A stretch of 64,000 nucleotides of DNA, taken from assembly GCF_003334405.1 (NCBI RefSeq), contig NZ_QOWM01000012.1. One strand, written 5' to 3'. The notes beneath the pieces are model-generated. The model was not told the origin of the DNA, searched no databases, and worked only from the letters and a program-made list of their open reading frames with translations. The stretch comes from Escherichia coli. Lineage in GTDB: Bacteria; Pseudomonadota; Gammaproteobacteria; Enterobacterales; Enterobacteriaceae. Positions 30,242-41,572 of the stretch are shown here, one piece after another (position 1 is the stretch's first letter; each line of letters opens with the position of its first letter). Position numbers and translations under genes: made by a program.

Positions 30242-31486
30242 TTAACACAAGCGTTTTTCGATCCAGTCGGTGATTTCCTGAAGACCTTTGTCAAAATTCC
30301 GATACACCGGGTTAAATGGGATCTCTAATAATTTACCGTCAGCAGATGATGAGGTGATTAAGCGTGAGTCCTCTTCCGGGCTGAACGGATCGTTCTTCCA
30401 GTAGCCTGATAACATTGGCGTTGGGCAGCGACGTCCCAGCAATCCTTGCACTTTTAATGAATAGCGATTCAGCTCCACGCGCAACGCTTCATCGGAAGCA
30501 TCATGCATCCCCAAACGACTGGCCAGAACGTCAAGATACATTTCCGGCACCTGTTGCTGGCACTTAAAATCACTCAACAGGGTATGAACTACCGGACCAA
30601 GACAGGCAACCGCTTTCAGACGCGGCGATTCAAGGTATGCCAGACGCACGGCAACGTTAGCGCCGAAACGGAAACCAAAGGCCGCGACGCGAGTGTGATC
30701 CACCCACGGTACGTTAGGCAGCGCCTTTAAGACGTGCTGATGCAACAGGCTGGAGTCCTGGGTGAGCTTCCATTTTGAAGAAAAGCCCACCGACGGCATA
30801 TCAATAGTCAGCATCGCAATGCCGCGCGGCGCAAAATAACGTTCATACAGGCTGTAATAGTCCGTCTGCATCGCATCCAGACCACCACACATTAATACCG
30901 TCGGGAACGGGCCATCGCCTTTCGGCATATGCAAAAAGCCGGTGATGGGCGCACCGCCGGGTACGGTAAACTCCATCTGCCGCATCGTGCCCGGTAGACG
31001 CTGAGCGGCCTCTTCATAGGCGCGGTTTGACAAAGCCTGCGCTTGCTCGGCCAGGTCATCTCCTTTCAGATGAGGATAGGCGGCAATGTTGTACAACGTA
31101 GCCGCATGCAGCCAGTGACGACCACTGAGTTGCGGATCGTCTTCCGCACAGGCTTTTTGTTGCCACACCATCGCCTGGGTGGCCCACTCATAAATCCAGT
31201 TGCCGCCACGGTAGCCAATCACCGTATCGTATAAATCATCGTCGGTACGTTCGGCATCGCTCATCACAATACGTGCCTGGACGTCGAGGATTTCGCGTGG
31301 GTCAATGCCGCGCCAGATCCACATCAGACGGTTAATCATGCGATACCAGTGAGGGATGGTTTTACCATCAAGGGCCGACTGCACAGGCGGTTGTGCGCCG
31401 TGATTAAAGCGGCGGACTAGCGTCGAGGTTTCAGGATGTTTAAAGCGGGGTTTGAACAGGGTTTCGCTCAGGTTTGCCTGTGTCAT
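30242..31486 (-). CDS. frsA: Esterase FrsA
   Basis: 414-aa alpha/beta hydrolase ORF matching FrsA. Confidence 0.9.
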
Positions 31487-31577
31487 GGATGCAGCCTCCA
31501 GAATACTTACTGGAAACTATTGTAACCCGCCTGAAGTTAAAAAGAACAACGCCCGGCAGTGCCAGGCGTTGAAAAGA

Positions 31578-32036
31578 TTAGCGACCGGAGATTGGCGGGA
31601 CGAATACGACGCCCATATCCCACGGCTGTTCAATCCAGGTATCTTGCGGGATATCAACAACATAGTCATCAACCAGCGGACGACCAGCCGGTTTTGCGAA
31701 GATGGTGACAAAGTGCGCTTTTGGATACATTTCACGAATCGCAACCGCAGTACCACCGGTATCCACCAGGTCATCAATAACGATGAAGCCTTCGCCATCG
31801 CCTTCTGCGCGTTTCAGCACTTTAAGCTCGCGCTGGTTGTCGTGATCGTAGCTGGAAATACAAACGGTATCGACATGACGAATACCCAGTTCACGCGCCA
31901 GTAACGCACCCGGTACCAGACCGCCACGGCTTACGGCAATAATGCCTTTCCATTGTTCAGAAGGCATCAGTCGGCTTGCGAGTTTACGTGCATGGATCTG
32001 CAACATGTCCCAGGTGACGATGTATTTTTCGCTCAT
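31578..32036 (-). CDS. gpt: Xanthine-guanine phosphoribosyltransferase
   Basis: 152-aa [26 protein letters not shown]... Confidence 0.95.
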
Positions 32037-32296
32037 GTGAAGTGTCCCAGCCTGTTTATCTACGGCTTAAAAAGTGTTCGAGGGGAAAATAGGTTGCGCG
32101 AGATTATAGAGATCTGGCGCACTAAAAACCAGTATTTCACATGAGTCCGCGTCTTTTTACGCACTGCCTCTCCCTGACGCGGGATAAAGTGGTATTCTCA
32201 AACATATCTCGCAAGCCTGTCTTGTGTTGACAACATTTTCTGCTAACCCTGTGACCTGCAATACTGTTTTGCGGGTGATCGACAAGGAGACTTAAC

Positions 32297-33754
32297 GTGT
32301 CTGAACTGTCTCAATTATCTCCACAGCCGCTGTGGGATATTTTTGCCAAAATCTGTTCTATTCCTCACCCGTCCTATCATGAAGAGCAACTCGCTGAATA
32401 CATTGTTGGTTGGGCAAAAGAGAAAGGTTTCCATGTCGAACGCGATCAGGTAGGTAATATCCTGATTCGTAAACCTGCTACCGCAGGTATGGAAAATCGT
32501 AAACCGGTCGTCTTACAGGCCCACCTCGATATGGTGCCGCAGAAAAATAACGACACCGTGCATGACTTCACGAAAGATCCTATCCAGCCTTATATTGATG
32601 GCGAATGGGTTAAAGCGCGCGGCACCACGCTGGGTGCGGATAACGGCATTGGTATGGCCTCTGCGCTGGCGGTTCTGGCTGACGAAAACGTGGTTCACGG
32701 CCCGCTGGAAGTGCTGCTGACCATGACCGAAGAAGCCGGTATGGACGGTGCGTTCGGCTTACAGGGCAACTGGTTGCAGGCTGATATTCTGATTAACACC
32801 GACTCCGAAGAAGAAGGTGAAATCTACATGGGTTGTGCGGGGGGTATCGACTTCACCTCCAACCTGCATTTAGATCGTGAAGCGGTTCCAGCTGGTTTTG
32901 AAACCTTCAAGTTAACCTTAAAAGGTCTGAAAGGCGGTCACTCCGGCGGGGAAATCCACGTTGGGCTGGGTAATGCCAACAAACTGCTGGTGCGCTTCCT
33001 GGCGGGTCATGCGGAAGAACTGGATCTGCGCCTTATCGATTTCAACGGCGGCACACTGCGTAACGCCATCCCGCGTGAAGCCTTTGCGACCATTGCTGTC
33101 GCAGCTGATAAAGTCGACGTCCTGAAATCTCTGGTGAATACCTATCAGGAGATCCTGAAAAACGAGCTGGCAGAAAAAGAGAAAAATCTGGCCTTATTGC
33201 TGGACTCTGTAGCGAACGATAAAGCTGCCCTGATTGCGAAATCTCGCGATACCTTTATTCGTCTGCTGAACGCCACCCCGAACGGTGTGATTCGTAACTC
33301 CGATGTAGCCAAAGGTGTGGTTGAAACCTCCCTGAACGTCGGTGTGGTGACCATGACTGACAATAACGTAGAAATTCACTGCCTGATCCGTTCACTGATC
33401 GACAGCGGTAAAGACTACGTGGTGAGCATGCTGGATTCGCTGGGTAAACTGGCTGGCGCGAAAACCGAAGCGAAAGGCGCATATCCTGGCTGGCAGCCGG
33501 ACGCTAATTCTCCGGTGATGCATCTGGTACGTGAAACCTATCAGCGCCTGTTCAACAAGACGCCGAACATCCAGATTATCCACGCGGGCCTGGAATGTGG
33601 TCTGTTCAAAAAACCGTATCCGGAAATGGACATGGTTTCTATCGGGCCAACTATCACCGGTCCACACTCTCCGGATGAGCAAGTTCACATCGAAAGCGTA
33701 GGTCATTACTGGACACTGCTGACTGAACTGCTGAAAGAAATTCCGGCGAAGTAA
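32297..33754 (+). CDS. pepD: Cytosol nonspecific dipeptidase
   Basis: 485-aa M20-family ORF matching PepD. Confidence 0.95.
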   Translation: MSELSQLSPQPLWDIFAKICSIPHPSYHEEQLAEYIVGWAKEKGFHVERDQVGNILIRKPATAGMENRKPVVLQAHLDMVPQKNNDTVHDFTKDPIQPYIDGEWVKARGTTLGADNGIGMASALAVLADENVVHGPLEVLLTMTEEAGMDGAFGLQGNWLQADILINTDSEEEGEIYMGCAGGIDFTSNLHLDREAVPAGFETFKLTLKGLKGGHSGGEIHVGLGNANKLLVRFLAGHAEELDLRLIDFNGGTLRNAIPREAFATIAVAADKVDVLKSLVNTYQEILKNELAEKEKNLALLLDSVANDKAALIAKSRDTFIRLLNATPNGVIRNSDVAKGVVETSLNVGVVTMTDNNVEIHCLIRSLIDSGKDYVVSMLDSLGKLAGAKTEAKGAYPGWQPDANSPVMHLVRETYQRLFNKTPNIQIIHAGLECGLFKKPYPEMDMVSIGPTITGPHSPDEQVHIESVGHYWTLLTELLKEIPAK

Positions 33755-33810
33755 TTATTTGATTTGCTGCCGGATGGCGTTTAATCGCCTTCCGGCAGTT
33801 TCATCCTTCA

Positions 33811-34368
33811 TTATCCTTCGATAAAAGCCATCCCTGTAAATGTCCGTCGCGGGTTGCCACGTTCAATCTGGTGATGGAACATTCGCCGCTGCGATTTCAG
33901 CGCCGCGCTATTTTCCTGTTGCTGTTGCTCCAGCTTCCAGGCAATCAGCAATCGTGCCAGCCGCTTGTTAGCATGCTGACTACGCTCTGACTGAACCTTC
34001 ACGCTAATACCGGATGCCAAATGCGTGGCGCGTACCGCCGAGTCGGTTTTATTGACATGTTGACCGCCCGGCCCCGACGAACGCAGCGTCTCATAACGGA
34101 TTGCATCCGATTGTTCCTGCTCATCAGCGGTAAAACGCCCAATGCCCAGAAACCAGTTTTTGCGCCCATGATGAGGCCGATACGGACTCGGACAAATCCA
34201 CTGAATAGTGCCACACCAGCTTTCGCTTAATGCCCATGCGTTATCGCCATCGAGAGAAACCAGCGCCGAACGCAGTGTGTCAGAGTAGCGGCCCGTTTCT
34301 GTTTCCAGCACCGTTACCGCGACGTCTTGCCGGGTAAAAACGACCAACAGAGAAGAACGCTGCGCCAA
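33811..34368 (-). pseudogene. prfH: Release factor homolog PrfH, 5'-truncated
   Basis: Retains GGQ motif [16 protein letters not shown] but lacks the native N-terminus; abuts the rtcB fragment. Confidence 0.7.
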
Positions 34369-34546
34369 TCGGGTAGCCGCGTCCGGGGTGTAAATCTGGC
34401 ATCCCCACTACGCGCTGCATGTTGGGTAAATTTGCCGTGGTGTGTAATTGTTGGATCGCTAAACTCTCGATCCACAGGTCATCAGATGCGATGGTAAATA
34501 CCGCATCGGATAAGGGACGAATATATTTGCCCATGTACCATTCCAT
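34280..34546 (-). pseudogene. RtcB-family RNA ligase N-terminal fragment (ykfJ-like)
   Basis: 88-aa ORF with [18 protein letters not shown], the RtcB N-terminal motif, then loss of frame into prfH. Confidence 0.55.
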
Positions 34547-34851
34547 TTATACTCGTCATACTTCAAGTTGCATGTACTGCGACTGCGTTCGTTCACCCCA
34601 GTCACTTACTTATGTAAGCTCCTGGCGATTCACTCGCTTGTCGCCTTCCTGCAACTCGAATTATTTAGAGTATATAAATATAAAAATCAGGAAATGGCAG
34701 ACGAATCCAGGGCAAGAAAAAAAGAATTAATCCTGGAAAGGTCTGCAAAGAGTCATTGATAAAGGATTTGTCATGATTTACCTCCTTGCAGTTTGTGGAA
34801 TCAGAAAACGCGCACATACCAGGCGGGCGTTATTTTCATTGCAAGCTGGAT

Positions 34852-35304
34852 TTAATGTTGCGGTTTATATCGCATATAAAAATTAGTAAACCACGCTCCC
34901 CGGCATTCAACGCGCTGCTGCTTAACTGTCTGAAAACCATAACGTTCAAAAAAGGGTTTTGCGGTTATGCTTGCGTCCACCGTAAGTTCGGATTCAGACT
35001 TAATCAAAGGTTTTAACAAAGCGCTGGCAACCCCACGGCGGGTGTATTCAGGGTCAACAAATAACATATCGATATAATGTTCAATGCGGGAAATAAAACC
35101 AACCGGTTGTGCATTAATGATCGCAACCCACACTTGTGATTTCGCGAGTTTCTCCTTCCAGCGAGATTCGTCAATCTGCGCCCAGGCGGAAATTTGTTGT
35201 GGTGAATAATGCTGACTGGCGGTCATCGTAACCGCTCTAATGAAAATAGCGCATAGTTGCTGAAAATCGCCAGGCTGATAGTTTCTTATTTGTATGTTAT
35301 TCAT
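34852..35304 (-). CDS. yafP: GNAT acetyltransferase YafP
   Basis: 150-aa ORF, last gene of the dinB-yafNOP operon. Confidence 0.85.
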   Translation of the reverse strand: MNNIQIRNYQPGDFQQLCAIFIRAVTMTASQHYSPQQISAWAQIDESRWKEKLAKSQVWVAIINAQPVGFISRIEHYIDMLFVDPEYTRRGVASALLKPLIKSESELTVDASITAKPFFERYGFQTVKQQRVECRGAWFTNFYMRYKPQH

Positions 35305-35313
35305 AATATAAAT

Positions 35314-35712
35314 TCAAAAACGCATGCGAAACGCTTCTGCCATTTTCCCAATTTTATGCATTTGGTTGTTATCTCGAGCCAGTTTATGAGGTTCAGGTTT
35401 CAGAATGGCAATGAGCAACCATGCTTGCTCATCAAACGCCCCCTGACAATATACCAAATGCGCTTCGTCATTCGTTCTGCTGAATTGGCGCAACTGTGGC
35501 GGAAATGGATTATTCTCATTTGCCAGATGAATATGAGCAACTCGCTCAAATTTGATTAATGGCCAGGTAAAGGAGTCGTCGTAGAGTGCATCGCGACCAA
35601 ATATATCTGGCAAAACACCGTCACGCTTATAGGAAATAAAATCCGCCGTTAACGCATCAAGTTCCTCTGCTGTAAGTTGCAGGCGAATAAGTTTTGTTTT
35701 GAATACCCGCAT
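35314..35712 (-). CDS. yafO: Toxin YafO
   Basis: 132-aa ORF in the conserved position. Confidence 0.85.
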   Translation of the reverse strand: MRVFKTKLIRLQLTAEELDALTADFISYKRDGVLPDIFGRDALYDDSFTWPLIKFERVAHIHLANENNPFPPQLRQFSRTNDEAHLVYCQGAFDEQAWLLIAILKPEPHKLARDNNQMHKIGKMAEAFRMRF

Positions 35713-35714
35713 CC

Positions 35715-36008
35715 TTATTCCTTAAAGTCATTGAAATCATCATCCGTCATATCATTAAGATATTGTTCAGCGCGGCGTGTAATTTCCTCTAATCTTGCAG
35801 CACTTGGACGGAAGCGCGCCTTTATGGGCTTTTTCTCCTCTTGTTCAGCAAGCATGTCCATTAACGCTTCGAATGCGCTGGCACTTAAGAGATATCCTGC
35901 GGGGCGATTATTAGAAAGAACCGCAACCGGTTGATCAATAAAGTATTTAGCTGGGTTTTTACGTAACTCAGTGATATTGACCGATTTTTCAGCGAGAATT
36001 CGATGCAT
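35715..36008 (-). CDS. yafN: Antitoxin YafN
   Basis: 97-aa ORF upstream of yafO. Confidence 0.85.
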   Translation of the reverse strand: MHRILAEKSVNITELRKNPAKYFIDQPVAVLSNNRPAGYLLSASAFEALMDMLAEQEEKKPIKARFRPSAARLEEITRRAEQYLNDMTDDDFNDFKE

Positions 36009-36059
36009 ACAGTGATACCCTCATAATAATGCACACCAGAATATACATAATAGTATACA

Positions 36060-37115
36060 TCATAATCCCAGCACCAGTTGTCTTTCCATTTGCGGGTCAA
36101 GCAACGTCACATGCAGCCCCACCAGACGCACACCGCGCCCGCCGCGGCGTTCATCCCAGGTTTTACGCGCGGTGGCGATTAGATCAGCTTTATTCAGCCG
36201 CGGCCAGACGTGCTCCTGGGTGGTTTGCTGAAAATCGTCGAACTTTAATTTCACCCCCTGGCGAGCAATCAGTAAATCAGGTTTTACCTTTGCCAGACGG
36301 CGTTCAAGTTCCGGATACAGCCGCTCGATAATCGCTTCACATTCAGACCAGTGATGAATATCTTCCGCCATCGTGCGTTCCACGCCGACGGATTTTCGCA
36401 ACCGTTCGCTGTTAACATCGCGTTCGTCAATCCCCTGACTACGCTCCCACAAAATGCGGCCAAATTTGCCAAAGCGTTTAAGCAGCATCACCAGATCACA
36501 CTTTTGTACATCACCGCAGGTCCGCAGCCCCATCGCTTCCAGTTTTGCCGCTGAGACTTTGCCGACGCCGGGGATTTTTGCCAGCGGTAAGGTTTGTAAA
36601 AATGCCGGAACTTCTGCCGGCGTAATCACAAACTGGCCGTTGGGTTTATTCATGTCGGAGGCGATTTTGGCGAGAAACTTTACTGGTGCCACGCCCGCAG
36701 ACGCCGTCAGTTGCAGCTCGTTGAAGATTGTCTGGCGGATTTCCTGGGCGATGAGGGTCGCAGAACCGTGGCAATGGACGCTATCGGTGACATCGAGATA
36801 AGCCTCATCCAGTGACAACGGTTCAATGCGCGAGGTGTAGCGCGAGAAGATTTCACGGATATGATTTGAGGCTTCTTTGTAGGCGTCAAAGCGCCCCGGA
36901 AGCAAGGTGAGATGTGGGCATAATTTGAGCGCCATCCCTGTCGGCATAGCGCTACGTACGCCAAATTTACGCGCGGGATAATTGGCGGTGCTGATCACCC
37001 CCCGACGTTCGCGGCTGCCGCCAATAGCAATAGGGATATCGCGCAGGGCGGGATTGTCGCGCATCTCCACTGCGGCGAAAAAGCAGTCCATATCCACATG
37101 AATGATTTTACGCAT
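36060..37115 (-). CDS. dinB: DNA polymerase IV
   Basis: 351-aa Y-family polymerase [29 protein letters not shown]... Confidence 0.95.
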
Positions 37116-37129
37116 TGCTCACCTCTCAA

Positions 37130-37149
37130 CACTGGTAAAGTATACAGTG
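37130..37149. promoter_or_regulatory. LexA (SOS) box of dinB
   Basis: cactggtaaagtatacagtg, i.e. CTGT-N8-ACAG, just upstream of the dinB start. Confidence 0.7.
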
Positions 37150-37185
37150 ATTTCAGGGTTTGAGAAATGCGTAAAGATTCAGCAT

Positions 37186-38109
37186 TTAACGCGTTCGCTG
37201 CGAAAGCACCTGCTGCTTATCCAGCTTTTGCACCAGCGGCTGCACCACTTTATCCCCATGCTGACCAAAGTATTGATACAGCGTATCGGACGCACTTTTG
37301 GTCAGCACCATAATCTCAATGCGCCGGTTGCCCGCGCTTTGCGGATTTTTGGAATCCAGCAGCATCTGGTCCGCCATTGCGCTTACCTGCATCACTTTAT
37401 CTTCCGGCATTCCGGCCTCTTCCAGCACCCGACGAGCCGAAAGCGCGCGGTCACCCGAAAGGTTCCAGTTGTTGTAGATATTGTTTTTGTAGGCCATCGC
37501 ATCGGTATGCCCGGTAATAATAATTTTATTATCGAGCGAGTCGAACACTGGCGCGAGCTCCACCAGCAGCGTTTTAAAGAACGGCATAATCTTCGCGCTG
37601 CCGCGTTCAAACATATTGCGGTTCTGGTCGTCTTTAATCAGCACGCGTAATCCCTGGGGAACAATCTCCATCTCCAGATTCGCTTCCATATGCGCATCAC
37701 GGGCAATGGTGTTGATACTGGTTGCCAGCTCACCAAGCTCGGTGGCGGATTTCTTCTTCAGCAGCGCCGTTTTCTCATTCACATCACGCGCTTTTTTCTC
37801 CGTCTCTTCCGGCACCGCCACGGTGGCAGGTTTTGGCGGATGAGACGGGCTGATTTTATTTAACGGCGACAGCCCACCACCGTTAAAAATCGACTGCCCG
37901 TGCAGCGCGGCGATAATGCTTTCACGCTCGGATTTACTGACGCTGTTGACAATCCACAGCGTCATAAACAGCGCCATCATTGCCAAAGTAAAGTCGGCGA
38001 ACGCCACCTTCCACGCCCCGCCGTGGTGCCCGGCATGATTCTTTTTGATCTGCCGCCGGACGATGGTGGTTTTTGCCCCACGATCGCGGCGGTTACCCGT
38101 CTTTCTCAT
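37186..38109 (-). CDS. lafU: Lateral flagellar stator protein, MotB-like
   Basis: OmpA-like C-terminal domain (NRRIEIMV); the ORF track extends to 38142, probable start MRKTGN at ~38109. Confidence 0.8.
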   Translation of the reverse strand: MRKTGNRRDRGAKTTIVRRQIKKNHAGHHGGAWKVAFADFTLAMMALFMTLWIVNSVSKSERESIIAALHGQSIFNGGGLSPLNKISPSHPPKPATVAVPEETEKKARDVNEKTALLKKKSATELGELATSINTIARDAHMEANLEMEIVPQGLRVLIKDDQNRNMFERGSAKIMPFFKTLLVELAPVFDSLDNKIIITGHTDAMAYKNNIYNNWNLSGDRALSARRVLEEAGMPEDKVMQVSAMADQMLLDSKNPQSAGNRRIEIMVLTKSASDTLYQYFGQHGDKVVQPLVQKLDKQQVLSQRTR

Positions 38110-38111
38110 GC

Positions 38112-38975
38112 TTATTCTTGCTCCAGCATCGCATTCACCCACGCGTCGAGGTTGGCGAAGGTCGGTTTGGACGCCAGATGCAGTAGCTTACGCCCGGCGT
38201 CCACCGCCAGCAGCGTCGGTTTGCCGCCTGCCTGCGCCACCAGCACGGTACGCACGCATTCCAGCAAAGAATGTTCTGCCCGCGCCTGTTGTTCCATGGC
38301 GTTGGCGAGTGGGTCCATCAGGCAGTAGCAGATAAAGACGCCTAAAAATGTCCCCACCAGCGCTGCCGCCACTTTCAGGCCAATCAGGGCGATAGAGCCG
38401 TCAATCGACTGCATGGTGATGATGATGCCCAACACCGCCGCACAAATGCCAAACCCCGGCATCGCTTCGGCGGTACGTTGCAGCGAGCGCGACGGCGTTA
38501 GCAGCGACTCTTCCGCGGTGTCCAGTTCCTGATCGAGAATGCCTTCCAGTTCATGGGCGTCGATTTTACCCATCGCCATCAGGCGAAAGTTATCGGCAAT
38601 AAAGGTCACCAGCCGCTTCTGGGTTAACACCAGCGGGTATTTCTGGAAAATGGTGCTCTCTTCCGGTTGCTCAATATGTTGATCCAGCATGCGCAGACCA
38701 CCGTTTTGCACCATTTCGAGTAACTCATACAGGCACATTAATAGCTGGCGCTGAAACTCCGGCCCGAGCTGTTTTTTACTGATTACGCCTTTAATTTGAT
38801 GGGCAATCTCTTTCAGCACATGTTTCGGGTTACCAATAATCATCGCCCCGAAACCGGCACCCAAAATAATGATCATTTCCGCCGGTTGCCAGATAGCCAC
38901 TAATTGCCCGCCCGCTTCAAAATAACCGCCAAATACGCAGCCGAGCACCACCAGTAAACCTAATATTTTTTGCAT
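38112..38975 (-). CDS. lafT: Lateral flagellar stator protein, MotA-like
   Basis: 287-aa polytopic membrane ORF with MotA/TolQ/ExbB-like sequence. Confidence 0.85.
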   Translation of the reverse strand: MQKILGLLVVLGCVFGGYFEAGGQLVAIWQPAEMIIILGAGFGAMIIGNPKHVLKEIAHQIKGVISKKQLGPEFQRQLLMCLYELLEMVQNGGLRMLDQHIEQPEESTIFQKYPLVLTQKRLVTFIADNFRLMAMGKIDAHELEGILDQELDTAEESLLTPSRSLQRTAEAMPGFGICAAVLGIIITMQSIDGSIALIGLKVAAALVGTFLGVFICYCLMDPLANAMEQQARAEHSLLECVRTVLVAQAGGKPTLLAVDAGRKLLHLASKPTFANLDAWVNAMLEQE

Positions 38976-38987
38976 GATTTCTTCACT

Positions 38988-39704
38988 TTAATTCGGATAG
39001 ACAAAATCACGAATTTTCTGCGCGATCTGTTTATTCAGTTGACAAATTCGGGCCTCGGTTAGCCCTAATACCAGCGCAATCTCTTTGAGATTCATCTCAT
39101 GCTGGTAATACATGGAGAGGATCAGTTGCTCTTTTTCGCTTAATTGTGAAAGCGCCTGTTGCAGCATTTGCTGGGTGACAAACTGATCTTCCAGCTCCCT
39201 GCCAGCAAGCAGAATGCCAGGCCCTTCGCCGTTCAGCAGTTCGTCCAGGCTGGCGAGCGTTTCCGCCCCTTCCAGTTGCTGATATTCGAGATAATCTTCA
39301 TGCGAGATCCCTTCCACGGCCAGTTCTGACCACTCCGGTTCGTGCCCCAGTTTTTTGCGCGTTTCGCGAATCAGATCTTTCATCTGATGATATTTCTGTC
39401 GCAGCTGGCGCGGTCGCCAGTCGAGAGCGCGCAGCTCATCCAGGATCGCGCCGCGAATACGGTGCACGGCATAGCCCGCAAAACCTTCGTCCGGCAGCCC
39501 GTAGCGACGGATGGCATTAAGCAGCCCCATTAACGCCGTTTGTTCCATATCCTGACGATCAATAATGCAATTACACTGCGGGGCAAGTTGCCGCACCACT
39601 TTACGCACCAACGGTAAATAGGCCTGCAAGTAGTGGCTCTCCTGCTGCGGGGTTAATACCGGCGCGGCAGCAAATTCTTCCGACTCGAATACATCCTGTA
39701 GCAT
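38988..39704 (-). CDS. lafS: Lateral flagellar sigma factor (FliA/sigma-28 family)
   Basis: 238-aa ORF with sigma-70 regions 2 and 4 (LVRKVVRQL..., LSEKEQLILSMYYQHEMNLKEIALVLGLTEARICQL). Confidence 0.85.
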   Translation of the reverse strand: MLQDVFESEEFAAAPVLTPQQESHYLQAYLPLVRKVVRQLAPQCNCIIDRQDMEQTALMGLLNAIRRYGLPDEGFAGYAVHRIRGAILDELRALDWRPRQLRQKYHQMKDLIRETRKKLGHEPEWSELAVEGISHEDYLEYQQLEGAETLASLDELLNGEGPGILLAGRELEDQFVTQQMLQQALSQLSEKEQLILSMYYQHEMNLKEIALVLGLTEARICQLNKQIAQKIRDFVYPN

Positions 39705-39723
39705 ATTTATATCCGCCTGGTGA

Positions 39724-40191
39724 TTACTGGAAGACCACTTTTTTCACCAGCAAATCCTTATACGGTGCGCTCATTTTGCGACGCTGAAGATCTTTCTTTA
39801 ACGCGTCAGAAATGAGTTTGCGGATGGCGGATATTTTCATGCCACGCAAATCTTCAAATTTCATTTCCGTCAGGCATTCAACCGCAATACTTTGATACAG
39901 CGGCTCCTGATGTTTTATTTTTTCCGCTTCTTTGTCACTGGCGACCACCATCACTAATTCCGCCGACAAATAATGGTCCGCGCCGTTGTTGTCATGCAGC
40001 GTGACAATGGTTTCCGGCAACGTCACAAACACGCTTTTGCTTTCATCCAGGGTTTCCACCGTTTCCGTCTGCGCGGCGGCAGTCGGTTTTCCTTTTCCGG
40101 CATAATGATGCCAGACACCCCATCCAGCTCCGGCCCCCACCACCAACGCCAGAACGGCGCTGACCACGCCCGCCACCACGATTTTCTTCAT
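39724..40191 (-). CDS. lafF: FliL-like basal-body-associated protein
   Basis: 155-aa ORF with one N-terminal TM helix, FliL-like. Confidence 0.7.
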   Translation of the reverse strand: MKKIVVAGVVSAVLALVVGAGAGWGVWHHYAGKGKPTAAAQTETVETLDESKSVFVTLPETIVTLHDNNGADHYLSAELVMVVASDKEAEKIKHQEPLYQSIAVECLTEMKFEDLRGMKISAIRKLISDALKKDLQRRKMSAPYKDLLVKKVVFQ

Positions 40192-40198
40192 ATTGCCT

Positions 40199-41260
40199 TT
40201 ACACTTTGATCAAAACGGATTCGTTCTGTTGAAATTGAGGCGCATCATCAAGCTGTAAGGCGGCACTCACCTCTTCCTGCTGATGGCCCGACTGTTGTTG
40301 TTGCTGCGACTGCCCTTCGGAGGAGACCTGTACGTTCACCTCCATAAAATTTTGCGCCGTCAGATGCTGGCGGAGATCGTCGCTAAACTGCTGTAACGCG
40401 CGGCAAACTTCACTTTGGTTCGCGCCGATGTGCACCATCAGTTTGCCGTTGTCGAGTTGTACGGCGATCTCGAGCTTGCCAAGCGACGGTGGATCGAGAC
40501 GGATGGTGGAGATCTGCTGTTGTTTGTTGAGCTGAAAGTGGATCTGATCTTTCAAAAGCGTCGTCAGTTTTTCGCCCAGTTCGTCCATCGAAAGCGTGGC
40601 TGGTTTGGCGACAATCTCCTGATGCTCGCTGAGCAGCTCCGGCGTCTTAACCTGCAACACCGCACGCGCAATAACCGGTTCGCTGTCCGGCACTTTTTCC
40701 GTTTTACGCTCGACCTGCGGGCGCGCGGTCACACGGGTTAGTTCAGGTTTTGGGCGAGCTGGCTGTGTTGAAACGCGCGGCTGCGTCGGCGCAATGGCAT
40801 GTAAATCTTCACTGGCGTAAGTCGCCAGTCTGGCCTGCTGTTCGGGCTTCGCCTGTGGCAACTGACTGATCAGTTCCTGCAACTGCGGCGGCAACGGCGT
40901 GAGTTCCTGCTGTTGCGTCTGGCGTTGCGGCGCGTTTTGCACCACCGCTTTCGTCAATTGCTGGATAACCGGCGATGTTGCGACGTTTCGCGGCTGCGGC
41001 GTGTGCTGATGCGGCGCGGCAGGTTGTGGAAGTAACAGCGCCATTAGCGCCTGCATCGCCACCGGATCGTTCTCCTGCGGGCGCGTCGCCTGTTGCTGAC
41101 TGGTTTTAGCGCTATGAACGCGCTCCGCCACCGCCGCGACCGCCATTTTCGGCAGGGTAAACGCGGGCGCGTTTTCACCGCTCACCGGCGGTAAAATATC
41201 CGCCTTCAACGAAGCGGTTTCCGCAAGCGTTCCGAGCGTGGCAAGCAATGCCGGATTCAT
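40199..41260 (-). CDS. lafE: Hook-length control protein, FliK-like
   Basis: 353-aa Pro/Gln-rich ORF with a FliK-like C-terminal domain. Confidence 0.7.
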   Translation of the reverse strand: MNPALLATLGTLAETASLKADILPPVSGENAPAFTLPKMAVAAVAERVHSAKTSQQQATRPQENDPVAMQALMALLLPQPAAPHQHTPQPRNVATSPVIQQLTKAVVQNAPQRQTQQQELTPLPPQLQELISQLPQAKPEQQARLATYASEDLHAIAPTQPRVSTQPARPKPELTRVTARPQVERKTEKVPDSEPVIARAVLQVKTPELLSEHQEIVAKPATLSMDELGEKLTTLLKDQIHFQLNKQQQISTIRLDPPSLGKLEIAVQLDNGKLMVHIGANQSEVCRALQQFSDDLRQHLTAQNFMEVNVQVSSEGQSQQQQQSGHQQEEVSAALQLDDAPQFQQNESVLIKV

Positions 41261-41568
41261 GACTTCTCCGAAAGTAAATTAACAATTGAGTAGGCGAGCA
41301 CACCTTCCTGATGCCGCTGATGCTGTTCCATACGCGCCTTCAACACTTCTGCGCGCTGCTCGCGCCGTTTAATCAGGGCATTAAACGCGCCGTACAAATG
41401 CGCCTTTACCGCACAGAACTGCGCCGCGTCGGTTTCCGCCGCCGCGTAATCGTGAAACTGGCGCATCAACTGCTGATGCAGTGCCGGAAGGCGTCGCCAG
41501 CGTTGCTTGTCGAGGGCTTCATTCATCGCCTCGACCAGTGCGAAAAGTTGCCTGCGTTGTTTTTCCAT
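41257..41568 (-). CDS. lafD: FliT-like export chaperone
   Basis: 103-aa helical ORF downstream of the fliS homolog. Confidence 0.55.
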   Translation of the reverse strand: MEKQRRQLFALVEAMNEALDKQRWRRLPALHQQLMRQFHDYAAAETDAAQFCAVKAHLYGAFNALIKRREQRAEVLKARMEQHQRHQEGVLAYSIVNLLSEKS

Positions 41569-41572
41569 CGTC

